A DNA stretch of 64,000 bases from Phyllobates terribilis (GCF_046119375.1 NW_027362767.1:243908001-243972000); one strand, 5' to 3'. Positions 41,588-55,646 are shown, counted from the stretch's first letter. A program made the numbers and translations. The notes: generated by a model not told the origin, from the sequence alone.

Positions 41588-42047
41588 TTAAAGAAGCACT
41601 CCTCCTCCTCCTCCCATTAAAGTTTTTATCCTCTTACTATATTGCAGTCATTACATTATATATCCCTGTGTACTTACAATTGCTCATTTTGCCTTTCTAC
41701 CCAGCTAATTCTCCTCTTCTCCATTAGGTCTATGACATCACGTGATTAAAAACTGGCTAGCTGAATCCTTCTAAGCTCCATGTAGAAACAGGAGGTCAAT
41801 TTTCCCTGCATGAGTCACAGCAAAAGTCTATGGCAGGGAGGAGGAGGGAGCAGTTGGGTCAGGAGATGAAGAGGGGAATGATAAATGCAGGCACAAGAAA
41901 CTTCCTGTTTCTACATAAAGCAGAAAAAAAGAGAAGAATTAGCTGGGTAGAAAGGCAAAATGAGCAATTGTAAGTACACAGCGCTATATAATATGATGAT
42001 TGCAATATATTAAGAGGATAAAAATTTTGATGGGAGTGCTTCTTTAA
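41588..42047. mobile_element. Intact T2/Kolobok-type MITE
   Basis: TTAA-AGAAGCACTCC ... GGAGTGCTTCT-TTAA; long inverted arms. Confidence 0.85.
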
Positions 42048-42757
42048 TTTTTATTCGGAGCTGTACAGGGCTTGTTTTTTGCGTGCCGAGCTGTAGTTTT
42101 TATTGATACCACTTTAGGGAACATACATTGCTTTGATCGCAGCGGTTACATTTTATTTTTGATGTATCGGACTCTAGAACTTTTTTTCCTCATTTAAAAA
42201 AAAACACGTTTATTTCAATAAATTTTTGAAATTTTTTTTTTTTTTAATTAATTTTCACTTTTTTATTCCCCCTTGGGGACGTAAACCTGCAATAGTTTGA
42301 TGGCTTGTGTTATACACTGCAATAACACAATATTGCTGTACATAGTAATATCACAGTCACGGTCTCCTAGAAAGCTCAGACTATAAAGCTCACACTTCTC
42401 TATTTATTCACCGCCTGGTTGCGTCAGCCAGGGGTCCATTTATGAGGTGGGACCCTGTGGATCCTAGTTCTGGGGATAGCTGTACCTATCGTAGATCAAT
42501 GGCATATCCAATAAAAGATGAGAATACCCTTTAAATGGGCTGTCTAGACTGTACAAGCCGCTATCCGAGTGATCGGCTGATCGTGGTATTACATGGTGCC
42601 GTAATAAGAAGTATGGATGTGATAGTTCTAATTGTACTATCTAGTCGTAGAGGTAAGTAACCTGCTGTTGTGACACTACAACTCCCAGCCGGTTGCTGAC
42701 TCTAATATATCTCTTTCATTTTTAGTACTGTCTCATTAAATGATTTCTTCTCTCTAG

Positions 42758-42803
42758 GTTACAACCAAGTCCAGAACTTCCATTTCCTTCCTTATACACG
42801 TGA
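42758..42803 (+). CDS. PHYHD1: PHYHD1 last coding exon (WLQPSPELPFPSLYT*); spliced CDS 876 nt = 291 aa
   Basis: ttctctctag acceptor; TGA at 42801-03; exon lengths sum to an intact frame. Confidence 0.96.
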
Positions 42804-42874
42804 GAACTACACGTGTCCATGGCGGTCTCCACCTTCATCTTAGTGATGCTTCTATTGATATGGCTACCAAGGAG

Positions 42875-42880
42875 AATAAA
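42875..42880 (+). terminator. Candidate PHYHD1 polyadenylation signal AATAAA
   Basis: First AATAAA, 72 nt after the stop codon. Confidence 0.55.
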
Positions 42881-42974
42881 AAAATAATCAAAGTCCCTTT
42901 AATCTGACATTCATAAGACCTGATAATATAACTGATTATTAAATATTCTAGAGGATCTCCTGTTTTGGTTTTCT

Positions 42975-44384
42975 GTTTTTCCCGATCACCCATGACAGCA
43001 CCACGGAGAGGGGACCTGCCCTTCAATGACAGTAAACCTACAGAATAAAAGGGTGGAGTGTCTCCCACCCATCAGATCCCATCGTATAAGAGGTCCTTTC
43101 AGAGAAAGGAATACAGCTGGAAAATGCCCCTCAAGAAACCAGGACAAGAGGGGAAACCAGAAAAAGAGAGGCAAAGACTTCAAGTTTGAGGAAACCCTTC
43201 TCTAAGGGTAAAAAAAAACATCCCCCAGGTAGGAGGAAGGTTTTCTCTCTCTTTTCCTTCCCAAGGACAAATTTCATCAAGCAACTGGATATTTATGCAG
43301 TTAGGCCAGAAGTCGGAGTTTCTAACTGTTCCCCGGAGAATTTTGTGGTGACCAAAGCCCGGAATTCTCCAAGAAGTCCTGGAATTAGTGCGGAGTGAAT
43401 TCTCAGAAGTCCCAAAACAAGAAGAGGAGGAGGGGGATCTACTTTCCACTCATTTTAGCACAGAAACCGGACGCAACTTTCAGGACAATAATAAACCTGA
43501 TGGGGCTAAACAGATTCCTGAAAGTCAGATCATTCAAAATGGAGATCGGCCATAAAACTCCTATTTCCAGGTTGCTATATGGTAGTATGCATCTTTTAAA
43601 TCCAGGACTATCACGTTCCAATCTACGTGGATCACTAGAAATTCCTGACAGTTGCTCTATGTATAAAAGGGGAATTCAGGCACTTTCACTTTCGGGCCCT
43701 TCCCTTCGGGTTGTCAATGGGCCCGTTGAATCTTTACAAAGATAGTAGACACCTCATCTTCGGGTGAAAGAGGCGTTAGTGATACCTTACCTCAATGATT
43801 GTGGGCAGATCAGTCGAACGCTGCAGAACTCGGCTTGCAGAAATCAGGGCTATCCTGACAAAGTTAGGTTGGTAGCTCAATTTAAAAAAATAAATAAATA
43901 AATAGAGGTTATAACCCCAAAGGATGCAGGTCTTAATCATAGAATCACAGAATGTTAGGGTTGGAAGGGTCCTCCAGGGTCATCGTGTCCAACCACTAAG
44001 CCATCTCAGACAGAGAAGACCATCTTCCTTGGTCTTCTCCTGGACTCAGCGAATCAGAGCTGCTATCTCCCAGAAGAGAAGGTGAAGGTATTCTGCCAAG
44101 TGTCAAGGTTAATAAACAATCCAACCATGACTCTAAGGAAGGCAATGTCTGTCTTAGGAACTCTAACCTCCTGCATACCGGCAGTGGCTTCGGCCCAGAT
44201 ACACCCTCGGGTGCTGCAATGGGAGATTCTGGCAAACCAATGTGCATTACAAGGTTGGTTGGAAGCAAATTTACTCTTTCTCCAATGATGACTTGTTTTC
44301 TCCTCTAGTGGCTGTAAGAAAAAAAATCTGTCCAGAAGAGTTCCTTGGACAAATCCAATATTGCAGGTCATTAATATGGGTTGC
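42975..44384 (+). mobile_element. DIRS1-like (tyrosine-recombinase) retrotransposon remnant, 5' part: gag end, RT and RNase H start
   Basis: VGGR.SLFLP; YFPLILAQKPDATFRTIINLMGLNRFLKVRSFKME; RALPFGLS; degenerate VIPYLND; MSVLGTLTSCIPAV; many stops and frameshifts. Confidence 0.8.
43938..43994 (-). mobile_element. Short CR1 3' end inserted in the DIRS remnant
   Basis: catagaatcacagaatgttagggttggaaggg, matching the CR1 tail at 20277. Confidence 0.8.
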
Positions 44385-45967
44385 AGGGATTCACTCACTT
44401 TCAGGCAGCTGGTAGAGTTCACACAGGTACAAGAAGGCAATGCGGATGAGTCCAAGCAGGTGAAGTTTATTATCTCCATAAACTTCGGAGGACTCTCGGC
44501 AAAACAAAACAGCCTTTCCGGCATAAAAGGTATAACAGAAGAAAACAATGTACTCAGCAAGTACAGGGTCACCTGTTTACAATTAAGTTCATTAACCCAT
44601 TAACAGCAGCCGATACGCTTTAAAACGGTGGTCGTTAAGGGGCCTTATTCTTGATCGTGATTGGGAATAAGGGAATAGTGCCGCCCGGCAGCGGCAATTC
44701 TTGCAGGTGTAAGCTGTATATGACAGCTGACACCATGCACTATCGGCCCAAGACGGTTTTGCGACCGATCAGGGCAGATTAAACCCTTAAATACCGCTGT
44801 GAATCGCAACAGCAGTATTTAAGTCAATACAAGGGGGTCACAAGACCCCCTCCACTTAGTAGCCATCGGACCCCCGCAATGAAAATAGCGGGTCCCGATG
44901 CTTACCATGGTACCCTGAGGTCATGTGATGACCCTAGGGTACAGTGGCCTGCAAGATCCAGCTAAAAGCTCTGAGGCTGAGTCAGTGACTCACTAACGGC
45001 TTTAATGCACTGCAGTACACGAGTACGGCAGTGCATGAGATCAGCAATAAAAAAATTATACACGTCTCACAGTGGGACTTAGTGAAAAAGTAAGATAAAA
45101 ATAATGAAAGAAAAAACACAAAAAAAGCTCACACACATCACAAAAAGCTGTTTCGCCACTCAAAACGTAGCGTTTGTGATAAAACAAAAATAAACCAAAA
45201 AAAAAGTACACATAATTGGTGTCACCAAGTCCGGAACGACCCGCTCTATAAAACTGGCATGTCGTTTATTCCGTATGGGGAAAGCCGTAAAACAAATAAT
45301 AATGAAAAAAAATGCGAAAAATGTCGCATTTTAATCAAACTGACTCACACAAAAAAGTGAATAAAAAGCGATCAAAAAGTCACATGTAAAAAAAATAAAA
45401 AATAAAAAAATGGAATAAATGAAAACGTCAAACCGTCCCTCAAAAAACAAGCCCTAATATGGCTCATTCGGCAAAAAAAATAAAAAAAGTTAGAGCTCTC
45501 AGAATATGGCGATGCAAAAACAAATTAATTTTTGTAAAATATTGTTTTTAGTGTGTAAAAATAGCAAAGCATACAAAAAAAAAACAATATAAATCTTGTA
45601 TCGCTATAGTCGGTCTGATCACTTTTACCGAACGATGAACAGCGCAAAGAATAAAAACAATAACTGAATTACTGGTTTTTGTTTATTCTGTGTCTGAAAA
45701 ATCTGAATAAAAAGCGATCAAAAAATACTATGTGCCCCATAATGAGACAAAAAAATCTGCAACTTGTACCGCAAAAATAAGCCATCATACAACTTGCCAG
45801 CAATAAAAAAAGTTACAGCTCTCAGAATATGGCGACAAAAAAAAAAACAACTTTTTATAAAAAAGCATTTTTCTGGCTTAACAGCAGCAAAACCTAAAAA
45901 ATCCTGATATAAATGTGGTATTGCTGTAATAACACCGACCAGAAGAATAAATCCGCCTTATCACTTA

Positions 45968-46358
45968 GGCTTGGCTCACATTTATCCTGCGTTCTCCGCT
46001 GAGCGCTTACATCGGAGTTTCCATGTAAATTCCCCAAAACTGCGATTCGGACAACCCCCACTGTACGGAACCACTCACTTATAAGGCAGATGGAAGCATT
46101 TTGGACTGGTCTCTGTTCCGGTGTCGGCCCATCATTGTAGGCGTCTTTTTAGCACACAAGTGTGGGCGACCAAAGATCTGCGCGCCTAAAAAGATGGATA
46201 CCACCAGAGCAGATGCCAAACGGAATCCAAAGTGTCTCCATCTGCCTCATTATGGTGGGTGGTTACGCCAGGGGTTTCGTTTGAATCGTATTTTGTGGGA
46301 TTTACACGGAAACCCCGACGTAAGTGCTCAGTGTAGAACACAAGAAGGCGCTCCAGCC
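45968..46358. mobile_element. PIF/Harbinger-type MITE
   Basis: 3-bp TSD TTA (45965-67, 46359-61); GGCT...AGCC ends; related copy at ~23020-23335. Confidence 0.7.
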
Positions 46359-46742
46359 TTATTCTGAAAATGATCGAAAAGTATTATGTACCTCAAAATG
46401 TTACCAATAAAACCCCTAAATTTATCATGCACAAAACCAGCCCCACTCAGATCTGTCATCTGTCACTGGAAATATAGGGGGTCTCACATTACTGGTAGAA
46501 CAAAGACTCTGGAAAAGCGACGTGGCTCCTGCCCTCTCAAATAAAATCCAGTGAAATCTGCGCCCCCAAATCCAAATTCCCCCCTCCTTCTGTGCCTATA
46601 CCACAGTAAGCGGCCACATTTTTGCCATTATTGTAGTGGGGAGAGAGCACTTAACAATTTACGGGGTGCGTTTCGCCAGAAGCACAAGCTGGTTACAATG
46701 TATGGGGGCGCTACAATATATGGGGGCACAATGTATGGGCAC

Positions 46743-48626
46743 TAGTGATGAGCGAGCATGCTCGCCACTGATCGGTACTCGTCCGAGCATCTCAGTACTC
46801 GAGATGCTCGGAGCTCGCAGAGTACTTGCGCGATGCTCGGGTGGGAGCTCGGGTCCCCGTCCTGCATGTTTGGCGCTATTTAGAGCACCAATCATGCAGG
46901 GATTGTCTGCCACTCACTGTAATGCCACAGCCATGGTGGTTGTGGCATTACAGTGATTGCCCAAATCGATGGGAACAGTGCTCACAGTGAAACATGAAAA
47001 GCCGGCAATTCAGCAGCGGCATACACCGGTACCCGACAATTTAGAACAGAAAGAATAGAGCATCACACATTGATTAGATAGATAGAAACATGTCAGTCAC
47101 ATATATAATAAGTTCAGTGACAGTGTTGGTTACTGTACTTGTCATTTAGTGTTAAAATAAAGGATTTATTTAAAAAAAATTTGGCGTGGAGTTCCCCGTA
47201 ATTTTAGTCTCTAGCGGAGGTTAAGCAGACGGCTGGGGCAGATGTTTGAAGCCTAGGAAGGGGGTAATACCCACGGAGCTTCCCAGGCTACTAATATCAG
47301 CCCCCAGCTGAATACCTAGCCTTTACTACCTATTAAAATGGGGGACCCAAAAAAAAAGACGTGGGGTCCCCCCTATTTTAATATTGATATTAATAGCCCA
47401 GGAAGGGTGCCATGAATATTGGCCCCCTCCCAGGCTAGAAACACCAGCCGTCAGCCGTCCCAGAAATGGCGCATCCATAGGATGTGCCAATTCTGGCACT
47501 TAGCCTCGCTCTTCCCACTGCCCTGTAGCGGTGGCAGTGGGGTAATAGGGCTGGGGTTGATGTCAGCTTATAATGCCAGCTGACATCAAGCCCAGGTTAG
47601 TAATGGAGAGACCCCCATTACTAACCCCATAGTCAAAGTTAAAAAAAACACAAACACCCAGAATAAAGTCCTTTAATTGAAATAAAGACACAATTCTTTA
47701 ATGTTCTAAATTAAACTCTACTTACCATTACACCCATTCCAGCTGAAGCCAACGATCTCCTGCAATAAAAGTAAAATAATAAACCAACCTTATCCTTACC
47801 TTTCCATGGTTCCCAGGACAGCTCCAGCTCTGCTACATCGAGATGACAGGCTGGAGCACAGCAGAATGCTGCCATCCAGCTTGCCATGCCGCAGACACTA
47901 AGAAGCTCCTCAGTGAAGGCTATTAATATCAGCCCCCAGCTGTCTGCCTAGCCTTTGCTAGCTATTAAAATAGGGGGACCCCACGTCATGGGCGGTCTCC
48001 CATTTTAATAGGTAGTAAAGGCTAGGTATTCAGCTGGGGGCTGATATTAGTAGCCTGGGAAGCTCCGTGGGTATTACCCCCTTCCCAGGCTTCAAACATC
48101 TGCCCCAGCCGTCTGCTTAACCTCCGCTAGAGACTAAAATTACGGGGAACCCCACGCCAATTTTTTTTTTACTAAATCCTTTATTTTAACACTAAATGAC
48201 AAGTACAGTAATCAACACTGTCACTGTACTTCTTATATATGTGACTGACATGTTTCTATCTATCCAATCAATGTGTGATGCTCTATTCTTTCTGTTCTAA
48301 ATTGTCGGGTACCGGTGTATGCCGCTGCTGAATTGCCGGCTTTTTTAAAGAGACGGGTGCATGAAAATCGGAGGGTACTAGTGTGTTCCAAGTGCCCTGC
48401 TATGTTTTTCATGCACCCTGCTATATACCGTCTGCCTATATATTCTGCCTGCCTGACGTTTAATTGAGCACTGTTCCCATCGATTTGGGCAATTTTAGAC
48501 CTTCTGCAGACCGCCGGGGGGAACCGCCAGAAAAATGCTCGAGTTTCCCATAGACTTACATTGGGCTCGTTGCTCGGGTCGAGGTCGAGCACCCGAGTAT
48601 TCCATTTTAGTGCTCGCTCATCACTA
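46743..48626. mobile_element. hAT (Tip100-like) fold-back element
   Basis: Perfect 16-bp TIR TAGTGATGAGCGAGCA / TGCTCGCTCATCACTA; perfect 8-bp TSD ATGGGCAC (46735-42, 48627-34). Confidence 0.92.
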
Positions 48627-50744
48627 ATGGGCACTAAACTGACATATTTGCAATTCTCCAGAATAAAGTCTGGCGTGGATGTTACAAAATAGTCACTGCA
48701 ACTGTAGATTGATTAATTGAGAGGTGCAATTTCTACAATGGGGTCACACTTAGTTTTTTTCTGCTGTTCTGGCACCTTAGGGGCTCTGCAAATGTCACCC
48801 ATAAACTATTCTAGCAGAATCTGTGCTCCAAAAGCCAAATAACGCTCCTTCCTTCTCAGCCCTGCCATGTGGCCTAACAGTAGTTTCTGACGACATATGG
48901 GGCATCAACGCGTTCAGGAGAAACTGTGTAACCAATTTTGGGGTCCGTTTTCACCTATTATCCACTGTGAAAATTACTAATTTGTGGCTAAAACAACATT
49001 TTCGTGAAAAAAAATGAAAATTTTCCATATGACGACCTTATGCAATCAAATTCTGTGTAGTACCTGTGGGTTCAAAATGCTCACGATACCCCTGGATAAA
49101 ATCCTTGAGGGGTGTAGTTTCCAAAATGGGGTCACTTGTGGGGGTTTCCACTGTTTAGGCACATCAGGGGCTCTCCAAACACGACATGACGCCCGCATAA
49201 GATTCCATCAAAGTCTGTGTTCCGAAACGTCACTCCTTCCTTTCCGAGCCCTGCCAGAAACAGTAGTTTTCCCCCACATATGGGGTATCGGCATACTTAG
49301 GAGAAATTGTGTAACACATTTTTGGGTCCGTTTTCTCCGGTTACCCTTGTGAAAATAAAAATTGGGGCTAAAAGTACATTTTTTGTGGAAAAAAATATGA
49401 TTTTTTTTATTTTCACAGCTCTACGTTATAAACTTCTGTGAAGCACCTGGGGGTTCGAGATGCTCACCACACATCTAGATACATTCCTTGAGGGGGTCTA
49501 GTTTCCAAAATGGGGTCACTTGTGGAGTGTTTCCACTGTTTTGACACATCACGGGCTCTCCAAACGTAACATGGAATCTGTTCTTGATGCCAGACATTTT
49601 TGCGTTCAAAAAGTCAAACGGTGCTCCTTCCCTTCCGAGCCCTGCTGTGCGCCTAAAAAATTGTCTTCCCCCACATATGGGGTATTGGCATACTCAAAAG
49701 AAATTGCACAACAAATTTTGGGGTCCACTTTATCCTGATACCCCTGTGAAAATAAAAAAAATTGGGGCTAAAGTAAACTATTTGTGTAAAAAAAGTAAAA
49801 TATTAATTTTTTTCCTTCCACATTGCTTTAGTTCCTGTGAAGCACCTGAAGGGTTAATAAACTTCTTGAATGTGGTTTTGAGGACTTTGATGGGGTGCAG
49901 TTTTTAGATTGGTGTCACTTTTGGATATTTTTTGTCATATAGGCTCCCCAAAGTCACTTCAAATGTGATGTGGTCCCTATAAAAATGGTTTTGTAAATTC
50001 TGTTGGAAAAATTAGAAATTGCTGATCAACTTTTAAACCTTCTAACTTCCTAACAAAAAAAATGTTTTAAAAAATGATGCTGATGTAAAGTAGATGAATG
50101 GGAAATGTTATTTATTAACTATTTTGTGTGACGTAACTCTCTGCTTTAAGGGCATAAGAATTAAAAGTTTGAAAACTGCGGACTTTTTGCCAAATTTACG
50201 AAATTTTCAGAAATAAATGAAAGTTGTATCAAACAAATTTTACTACTATCATGGCTATTTTACTACTTTCCTGACAATATGTCACGAAAAAAAAACAACC
50301 TCAGAATCACTGCGATCCGTTGAAGTTTTCCAGAGTTATCACATAAAGTGACAATGGTCAGATTTATAAAATTTAGCCTGGTCATTAAGGTCAAAATTGG
50401 CTCTGTCACAAAGGGGTTAAAGTCTGCAAAGAATCACAGTTCCCTTCACCTTTACAGAGCCAAGTTCCAGAGGTGTTTCCAAATCTACTGCCAGACAACT
50501 CTGGAGCAACTCAGGTCCCCTTTTACACCAGCTGGATCTTCTGGAATGGAGGATGGGAACAACCAGTCCCGCCCCGCTCTTCCAGTCGTTCCTAAAGGCC
50601 AGACACAAACTCCGAGCCCATTAAAACACCTCTCAGCACTATATGTGCTAGAGCCTGCTTCTCCAGGTTTCCCATCATGAGGCTAGATACCTCTGTGATG
50701 CATATACTCCACCTAGGACCTGTCCAACTGCTTTCTTATAGGGT

Positions 50745-51125
50745 GCAAGCCTTCAGGGAGGGGGAGCACATCTGGGGATCTAATAGTCCAGGGCCACCAG
50801 ACAAGGGAAGAAAAGTCAGGTTCCTCCAACCTAAATAAGCTCCTGTCAGTGAAACAGTCTTCATCCATACAAGGTCAGAATCTTGTCATACAACAAGGTG
50901 ACCATAGCTTAAATAAACCACCAGAGCGGATCCAGATCCCTAATAACTGTGTCCAATCAGATCTCTCGGATAGCAGTGGCTGACCTCTTATCCTTTAGCA
51001 GCACTCCACATAAAAGGAGAAGAGAATTGCAAAGCAGACTTTTTGAACCACATCCATCTAAAACAAGGGGAGTGGACTCTGAATCAGACGGTGTTCAATC
51101 AAATAGTAAACCTGTGGTGCCTTCC
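50745..51125 (+). mobile_element. DIRS1-like remnant, continuation (RNase H region)
   Basis: ASLQGGGAHLG, VRILSYNKVTIA*INHQSGSRS, ALHIKGEENCKADFL, GEWTLNQTVFNQIVNLW match DIRS RNase H. Confidence 0.72.
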
Positions 51126-51432
51126 AAAAATGGTTATAAAGCCATTTCTAAAGCTTTGAGACTCCAGCGAACCACAGTGAGAGCCATTATCCATAAATGG
51201 CGAAAACATGAAACAATGGTGAACAGTCCCAGGAGTGGCCGGTTGACCAAAATTACCCCAAGAGCGATGCGACGACTCATCCAAGAGGTCACAAAAAAAA
51301 AACACAACAACAACTCACTTGCCTCAGTTACGGTCAGTGTCCATGACTCCACCATAAGAAAGAAACTGGGCAAAAATGTCATGCATGGCAGAGTTCCAAG
51401 ACGAAAACCACTGCTGAGCAAATAGAACATAA

Positions 51433-51813
<381 letters not shown>

Positions 51814-51821
51814 TGAATGGC

Positions 51822-52395
51822 TTAAAGCGCACCTGTCAGCAGGAGTGCTCAATAAACTACATACACTGTCAGGTGGGTGACATTACACTGTTTAAAATGA
51901 TACCTTGGTTGATTAAATGCGTCCTGTGGTTCTTGTGTAATCTTTACTTTCAGTTGGGAGATAATGATATGCTCGTACTTCGGGGCGACCTGTGGGGGCG
52001 CTCTATCTTGTGCTCTGCTTACATATTCATCTGTATGGTCTTATGACAGGTCATTGTGCCTTCACTGACCTGCCTCCTATTTTACATAATGCATCTAGTA
52101 GTGCGGGGCTAGGTAAAATAGGAGGCAGGTCAGTGAAGGCACAATGAGCTGTCATAAGAGCATGCAGATGAATATGTAAGCAGAGCACCAGATAGAGCGC
52201 CCCCCTCCCCCACCACAGTTCCTCCGCAAAGCACAAGCATATCATTATCTCCAAACTGTCAAACTGAAATTAAAGATTACAAGAACCACAGGACGGATTT
52301 CATCAACCAAGGTATCATGTTAATCAGTGTAATGTCACCCACCTGACAGTGTATGTAGTTTACAGAGCACAATCCTGCTGACAGGAGTGCTTTAA
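51822..52395. mobile_element. Fold-back T2/Kolobok-type MITE inserted in the Tc1 transposase
   Basis: TTAA TSD at 51822-25 and 52392-95; TIR agcgcacctgtcagcagga / tcctgctgacaggagtgct; Tc1 frame EWL|KKNK rejoins exactly. Confidence 0.9.
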
Positions 52396-52445
52396 AGAAA
52401 ACAAAATTAAGACTTTGGAGTGGCCTAGTCAAAGTCCTGACCTTA

Positions 52446-52702
52446 ATAATAATCTTTATTTTTACATAGCGCCAACATATTCCTCAGTGTTTTACAGACA
52501 TTATCATCCCCATTGGGGCTCACAATCTACATTTCCTATCAGTTTGTCTTTGGAGTGTTGTAGAAAACCTGAGAACCCGGAGGAAACCCACGCAAACACG
52601 GGGAGAACAAACTCCTTGCAGATGTTGTCCTTGGTGAGATTTGGACCCAGGACCCTAGCGCTGGAAGGCTGCAGTGTTAACCACTGAGCCACCGTGCTGC
52701 CC
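52446..52702 (-). mobile_element. tRNA-derived SINE (V-SINE-like)
   Basis: On -: GGGCAGCACGGTGGCTCAGTGG A-box head, GGGTCCAAATC B-box-like, V-domain core gttctccccgtgtttgcgtgggtttcctccggg, (TTA)n tail. Confidence 0.82.
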
Positions 52703-54085
52703 CATGCTTGAGATGCTGTGACAAGACCTTAAAAAGGTGTTACATGTTCGGAAACCCTCCAATGTGGTTGAATTACAACAATTTTGCAAAGAGGAGTGGC
52801 CAAAATTCCTCCAGAGCGTTGTAAAAGACTCATTGCCAGTTATCGCAAACGCTTGATTGCAGTTGTTGCTGCTAAGGGCCCAACCAGTTATTAGGTTTAG
52901 GGGGCAATCACTTTTTCACACAGGGCCCTGTAGGTTTGGATTTCTTTTTCCCTTAATAATAAAAGACCTTCATTAAAAACTGCATTTTGTGATTACATGT
53001 TTTACGTTTGTCTAATATTTCAATGTGTTTTGTGATCTGGAACATTTTTGTGTGACAAACATGCAAAAGAATAAGAAATCAGGAAGGGGGCAAACACTTT
53101 TTCACACCACTGTATGCAAGGCAGCAAAGTGGTCCTCACCTTGCACCTTTTATAGGCACTATAGGTTGGATTGGGGGCTTCTGCTGATGGTGCTGTCATG
53201 AGTTCTGGCAAATCCCAATATTGGTAATTATGTCTTTTTTTCCAAGAAACAGCGCCATTCCTCTCCAGAAGACTGTGTCTGGTATTGCAGCACAGCCTGA
53301 TTCAAGTGAAAAGTCGCAGCCTGTTAAAAAGAGGCTTCGTTTCTTATCTCATACAACCCAACTACTTCTCTTGTGAAGATCCACGCTATCACATAACGAA
53401 TTAAAGGGATTGTAAGATTTTACCTAACGTCTGCCCATAGACTCAATAAGGTGTAAAAAAACAAAAACTGTTCTTTACTCCTCCTCCCCTGGGTCCAGCT
53501 CTGCCCTCCTCTCTATTGTTTGACTGCAGCATTGATGTCACGTTGAGAGTGCTGCAGCCAATCACTGAGCTCAGCGGCACATGCCGTCTATATTATTGTA
53601 ATTGTAGAAAAAAACAACAGCACAAAATATACAGAACACACATTTATTTCAGAAAAAAATCTGTTTAAACCAACTTCCCTTTTTAATGAAGGAGTGGCTT
53701 TTTAGAGACGCTTAAAGGGGCAGTACCGTGCGTCTCTTAATACTTGAGATACAATTCTAAAATAACTCAAAATGAAAGAAATCTGGTTTCTAACACAGGG
53801 AAGCATGGTTTATGGATTCTGACCGTCAATGATTGATAATACTGTCGTTGTAATAAAAGATAAAGACTGAATCTCTCAGTCTATGTCCACAAAGGGGAAA
53901 GGAGTGTGATGTGTAAAGTGAGGACGGCGGCATGCAAAGGATTCCAGGGTTAGAAGAGATAGGTGATGTGATTTATGGATCCTGACAGTCGGTGACTGAG
54001 AGAACCGGTGTCCTCATAAAGGTAAATGCATGGGGCTGACAGATTTAAAGAGATAGGCACACTTTAAGGGGTTATTACATTTCCA

Positions 54086-54534
54086 TTTAAAGGCGTTGTC
54101 CGGCCTTAGGGTACAAGTTTGCAGTTAAGCTATGTGTACGCGTAGAGCGAGCGATTCTCCGTTGCCGGGAGTCATGTGACCACAAGTATGTGATTTGCAT
54201 ACTTCCGGCCACATTCCCACTAGATGCGTCCAGCCTCGCTCAATTCACTTGTACTGAGCAAGGACGCAACGTGACCGCGTGTATGCAAATCACAGACTTG
54301 CACCCTAAGGCCACGGCCCCATTATCAGTATTTGGTCAGTATTCGGTCAGTATTTTTTCTCAGGAGTGGGAGCCAAAACCAGATGAGGAACAATCAGAGA
54401 AAAGGTATAATAGAAACAAGTCACCAATTCTGCATTTATCACCCACTCCTGGTTTTGGCTCCCACTCATTGAGAAAAAATACTGACCGAATACTGATAAT
54501 GGGGCCATGGCCTAAGCCCCGACAACCCCGTTAA
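54086..54534. mobile_element. T2-type MITE host
   Basis: ttaaaggcgttgtcc ... gacaacccc-gttaa; host sequence rejoins across the Harbinger insert. Confidence 0.6.
54309..54512. mobile_element. Harbinger MITE (204 bp)
   Basis: 24-bp TIR GGCCACGGCCCCATTATCAGTATT (1 mismatch); TSD TAA at 54306-08 and 54513-15. Confidence 0.88.
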
Positions 54535-55646
54535 GGGGCTTTGCAGTTCAAAAAGAATTGCTCTTAAATGAATAACTCTTGCAACTTATTAGTATAATTC
54601 ACATCTGACAGGCGCCTAGATCTTCACCTAGGTGTTTTGGCAGCTCCTCCTCAGAGACCAGAGGGGGCTGGCTGACTGCTCCTTGCAATAGCTAAGCCAG
54701 CCTCCTTCTTTTTATCAGTACATCAGCTGACACAGAGGGAGACTGGATTAGTTATTAAAATCAGCAGTCAGTGGTCTGGATATCTATAATTCAGGGGAAC
54801 CTTTCAGAAGAGAACTATTAGTAAATTGCAAAACTTACTGATTTAAACACATTTTCTTACAACTAGACGATGCCCTTTGAAATGCTAATTTAAATGGGGA
54901 GCAATAGTTTTACAAAGGGTTAATTTGTTAGGCATAATAAGTGCCTAATATGTGGGAGGTCTATATATGTCACAATATTTTCTGTCTATGCAGAGCGAAG
55001 AGAAGCTAGCTAGTGAATCCGATGTCACCACGTGGTTGTGCCGTCGTCATGTTTCACGACCCCAGTGCTGGGAGTACCAGTCTCGCCAACCCACTGACCT
55101 GCAATAGTTCCTGGTTCTAAGTTTTAAAAATCTGCAATGGCACTTACACTCCGCTTGGCCCGACTTCTTATAAATAAAGTAGGTAAGAAACAAGTGCAGG
55201 AAAGGCTGATCTGTATTATTCCTTGCACTGGTTCAGTCACTGTGGGCAGATTGTGGGACACCATAGGGTAATATGTGGGTATGCTTGGACTTCTCCAGAC
55301 ATGGGAGGCGGCCAGAGCTCAGATCACTGCAGGTATATTAGTAGGAACCCTTGCTTTGGAACAACTTTATTTATAGTAAGTTGGAAATGCATCTGATGAC
55401 CAATCTCCCCACAATCTGTCCTATATGATCTCCCTACCTTCTCAATCTGAGCGCATTCATATGTCATATCAGTCTCCATCATTATGTTACAGTCTATAGT
55501 TTCCCTGGATTCCTATTCCTTTTGATCCTTTTCTAAAGTGCCTAGACTTACAAGGGCGGGCCGTTGTGTATCCCTGATAACACTGCTTGGTGACCCCACA
55601 AAATCCAGCAATTCCGGTACCTGAAGACAAGATGACCCCCCCCACT

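Larger units (their letters stand above)
44592..50420. mobile_element. piggyBac-like non-autonomous element (~5.8 kb with nested MITEs), inverted relative to 21370-24699
   Basis: TTAA-CCC ... GGGG-TTAA; 49.8-50.4 kb is the reverse complement of 21.4-22.0 kb and 45.0-46.0 kb of 23.4-24.3 kb. Confidence 0.8.
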
